Of a stretch of DNA of 64,000 nucleotides, positions 61,852-64,000 are shown piece by piece (position 1 is the stretch's first letter; each line of letters starts with the position of its first letter). The position numbers and the translations under genes are program-made. Below the pieces are notes generated by a model. The model was not told where the DNA came from, did no database searches, and saw only the letters and a list, made by a program, of their open reading frames with translations. The DNA comes from Candidatus Eiseniibacteriota bacterium (lineage in GTDB: Bacteria > Eisenbacteria > RBG-16-71-46): contig CAVSAC010000014.1 in NCBI GenBank assembly GCA_963725865.1, forward strand, positions 544,001 through 608,000, in the 5' to 3' direction.

Positions 61852-62175
61852 CTACAGGTGCGGCTTCAGGCGGTTCAGCAGCGCCGCCTTCGGCATCGCC
61901 CCGACCACGCGCTCCACCGGCTGGCCGTCCTTGAACAGCAGCAGCGTGGGAATGCTCATCACCTGGTAGCGCAGTGCCGTCTCGCCGCTCTCGTCGGTGT
62001 CGACCTTGACCACCTTCAGCTTGCCCGCGTACTCGCCGGCGATCTCGTCCACCACCGGCGCGATCGCGCGGCACGGCCCGCACCACGCGGCCCAGAAGTC
62101 CACCAGCACCGGCACGGGGGACTTGAGCACCTCGGTATCGAACGTCTGGTCGGTTACGGCCGCAGCTTGCGACAT
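61852..62175 (-). CDS. trxA: Thioredoxin
   Basis: [25 protein letters not shown]. Confidence 0.97.
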   Translation of the reverse strand: MSQAAAVTDQTFDTEVLKSPVPVLVDFWAAWCGPCRAIAPVVDEIAGEYAGKLKVVKVDTDESGETALRYQVMSIPTLLLFKDGQPVERVVGAMPKAALLNRLKPHL

Positions 62176-62346
62176 GGAACAACCTCCTCATCGACGACAG
62201 ACCTGTGCGATGTGCGCCCCTTCGGATGACCGAGGGACTGCAGCGATGCGGGCGCTTCCGAAGTCACCGCAGAATAGGTAAGGTGTTTGGGAACCGTCAA
62301 CCACTCCCGCGCGCCCCGGACGCGCACGCGTCCCCGCAGGGCCACC

Positions 62347-63045
62347 ATGATCCCGCTCCGCGACGAGAATCCTTCCCGCACCACGCCGGTCGTGACGCGC
62401 GCGATCATCGCGGCAAACGTCGCCGTGTTCCTGTGGCAGCTGATCCTGGGGCCCGACGCGCGCGCGTGGATGTTCGAGCACGGGCTGGTGCCCGCGCGGC
62501 TGGTGCTCGGCCTGCGCGGCGAGCTGGGCGGGCCCGCGCCCGCGCTGCTCACCGTGCTCACCTCGATGTTCATGCACGGCGGCTGGGCGCACCTGATCGG
62601 GAATCTCTGGTACCTGTTCATATTCGGCGACAACGTCGAGGACCGGCTGGGCCACGTCGGCTACGCGGCCTTCTATCTCGCGGCCGGCGCCACCGCGGCC
62701 GGCGCGCACGTGCTCTCGTCGCTCGACTCGCCGGTGCCGACGGTGGGTGCCAGCGGCGCGATCGCCGGCGTGCTCGGCGCGTACCTGGTGGCGTTCCCGC
62801 GCGCCCGTGTCGTCACGCTGGTGCCGCTGATCGTGGTCTTCCAGGTGGTGGCGCTGCCCGCGGTGCTGGTGCTCGGCCTGTGGCTGGTGTTCCAGTTCGT
62901 CCTCGGCACCCTCGCGCTGGGCATGGGCGGCGCCGGCGGCGGGGTCGCGTGGTGGGCGCACATCGGCGGCTTCGGGTTCGGCGTGGTCACCATGGCGATC
63001 GCGCAGCGCCGCTCGCCGCCGTCGCGCGCCTGGGTCCCGGACTGA
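62347..63045 (+). CDS. Rhomboid family intramembrane serine protease
   Basis: MIPLRDENP, SMFMHGGWAHLIGN, VGASGAI, AHIGG. Confidence 0.95.
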   Translation: MIPLRDENPSRTTPVVTRAIIAANVAVFLWQLILGPDARAWMFEHGLVPARLVLGLRGELGGPAPALLTVLTSMFMHGGWAHLIGNLWYLFIFGDNVEDRLGHVGYAAFYLAAGATAAGAHVLSSLDSPVPTVGASGAIAGVLGAYLVAFPRARVVTLVPLIVVFQVVALPAVLVLGLWLVFQFVLGTLALGMGGAGGGVAWWAHIGGFGFGVVTMAIAQRRSPPSRAWVPD

Positions 63046-63169
63046 GTCGCGCAGCCCCGGCGCCCGCGGCCCGCGCGCCCGCACCCCGCTTTCCGCGCGC
63101 CCGCGCGATGGACTAGCATGGCCGTCCCGCCGCGCAGCGATCCCCCGCGGGCGGAGGTGGAGGAATCTC

Positions 63170-64000
63170 GTGCGACGCGATCTCGATCGACTCATGCAGC
63201 AGCGTGGCCTCGCCGGGCTCGTGGTGCTGGCCCACGACCACTACACGGCGGCGATGCACTACACCACCGGACAGAAGATCGTCCACGGGGTGTACTTCCG
63301 CGCGGCGGATGGCCGCGCGCATCTCATCCACGATCCGATGGAGCGCGACCAGGCCGCGAAAGTCGGGTGCGAGATCTCGGGCTTCCCGCAGCACGGATTC
63401 GTCGCCATGGTCGAGCAGGAGGGCGGCCAGGCGCGGGCGCTCGGCCGGCTGATCGGCGAGACCTGCGGGACCCTCGGCATCCGCGGGTCGATCGCGTTGT
63501 TCGGCGAGACCGGGCTGGCGACCGCCTGGCAGCTGGTGGGCCGCGCGCTCGAAGCGAACCCCGAGCTGAAGGTGGACACCTCGCAGCCCGACATCCTGTC
63601 GCTCGCACGCGCCACCAAGGACGAGGACGAGATCGCCGCCATCCGCCGCGCCTCGATCGGCACCGTGGCCGCGATGAAGGCGGTGCGCGACACGCTGGCG
63701 GCGCTGCGCCGCGACGGTGACGGCTTCCGCGCGCCCGGCATCGAGGGTCCGGTCAGGCTCGGGGACCTGCGGCGCGCCGTGCACCGCGTGTTCGCCGAGC
63801 ACAGGCTGGCCGAGGACGGCGAGAGCATCATCGCGCAGGGCCGCGACGCCGGCGTGCCCCACAACCGCGGCAACGATGACGAGCCGGTGCGCGCAGGCGC
63901 GAGCATCATCGTCGACCTGTTCCCGGGCGAGGCGGGCGGCGGCTACCACAGCGACATGACCCGCACGTTCTGCGTCGGCAAGGCGCCCGATCCACTCAAG
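63170..64000 (+). CDS. M24 family (Xaa-Pro) aminopeptidase, runs off window end
   Basis: Not in the ORF track. GGAGGA then GTG at 63170; RATKDEDEIAAIR, GVPHNRG, IIVDLFP, GYHSDMTRTF. Confidence 0.9.
   Translation, partial: MRRDLDRLMQQRGLAGLVVLAHDHYTAAMHYTTGQKIVHGVYFRAADGRAHLIHDPMERDQAAKVGCEISGFPQHGFVAMVEQEGGQARALGRLIGETCGTLGIRGSIALFGETGLATAWQLVGRALEANPELKVDTSQPDILSLARATKDEDEIAAIRRASIGTVAAMKAVRDTLAALRRDGDGFRAPGIEGPVRLGDLRRAVHRVFAEHRLAEDGESIIAQGRDAGVPHNRGNDDEPVRAGASIIVDLFPGEAGGGYHSDMTRTFCVGKAPDPLK

Overview
Very GC-rich chromosomal window from a diderm bacterium. Several exported proteins end in a shared Ig-like sorting-type tail, which suggests an FCB-group relative such as Eisenbacteria (inference only). 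About 45 real CDS and one tRNA-Met(CAT) are present; most long Arg/Ala-rich ORFs in the track are shadow frames. Housekeeping genes: guaB (partial), secD-secF, folP-cdaA, tilS-hpt-ftsH, nnr, trxA, a rhomboid, an M24 peptidase (partial) and an MrfA/MrfB-like DNA repair pair. Accessory content: four secreted proteins with the shared tail (subtilase, FG-GAP adhesin, NHL protein, an unknown), a DUF4159/DUF4175/TPR/'AsnB-like' cluster behind secDF, a CbcL-like multiheme cytochrome c/b fusion, and a fatty-acid uptake and beta-oxidation locus. Best leads: (1) a signal-peptide RMDN/PTPIP51-like TPR protein inside the fadL-fadD-fadIJ-lipase locus, a candidate periplasmic lipid shuttle; (2) a coupled pair of paralogous exported CPxCP proteins; (3) a zinc-ribbon/Gly-rich/cold-shock fusion split by a 1-nt frameshift, with a promoter and terminator-like hairpin in its leader; (4) a catalytically dead alpha/beta hydrolase. 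Two single-base frameshifts may be assembly errors. No CRISPR array, integrase, transposase or rRNA was seen. All family calls come from motif recognition, not database searches.
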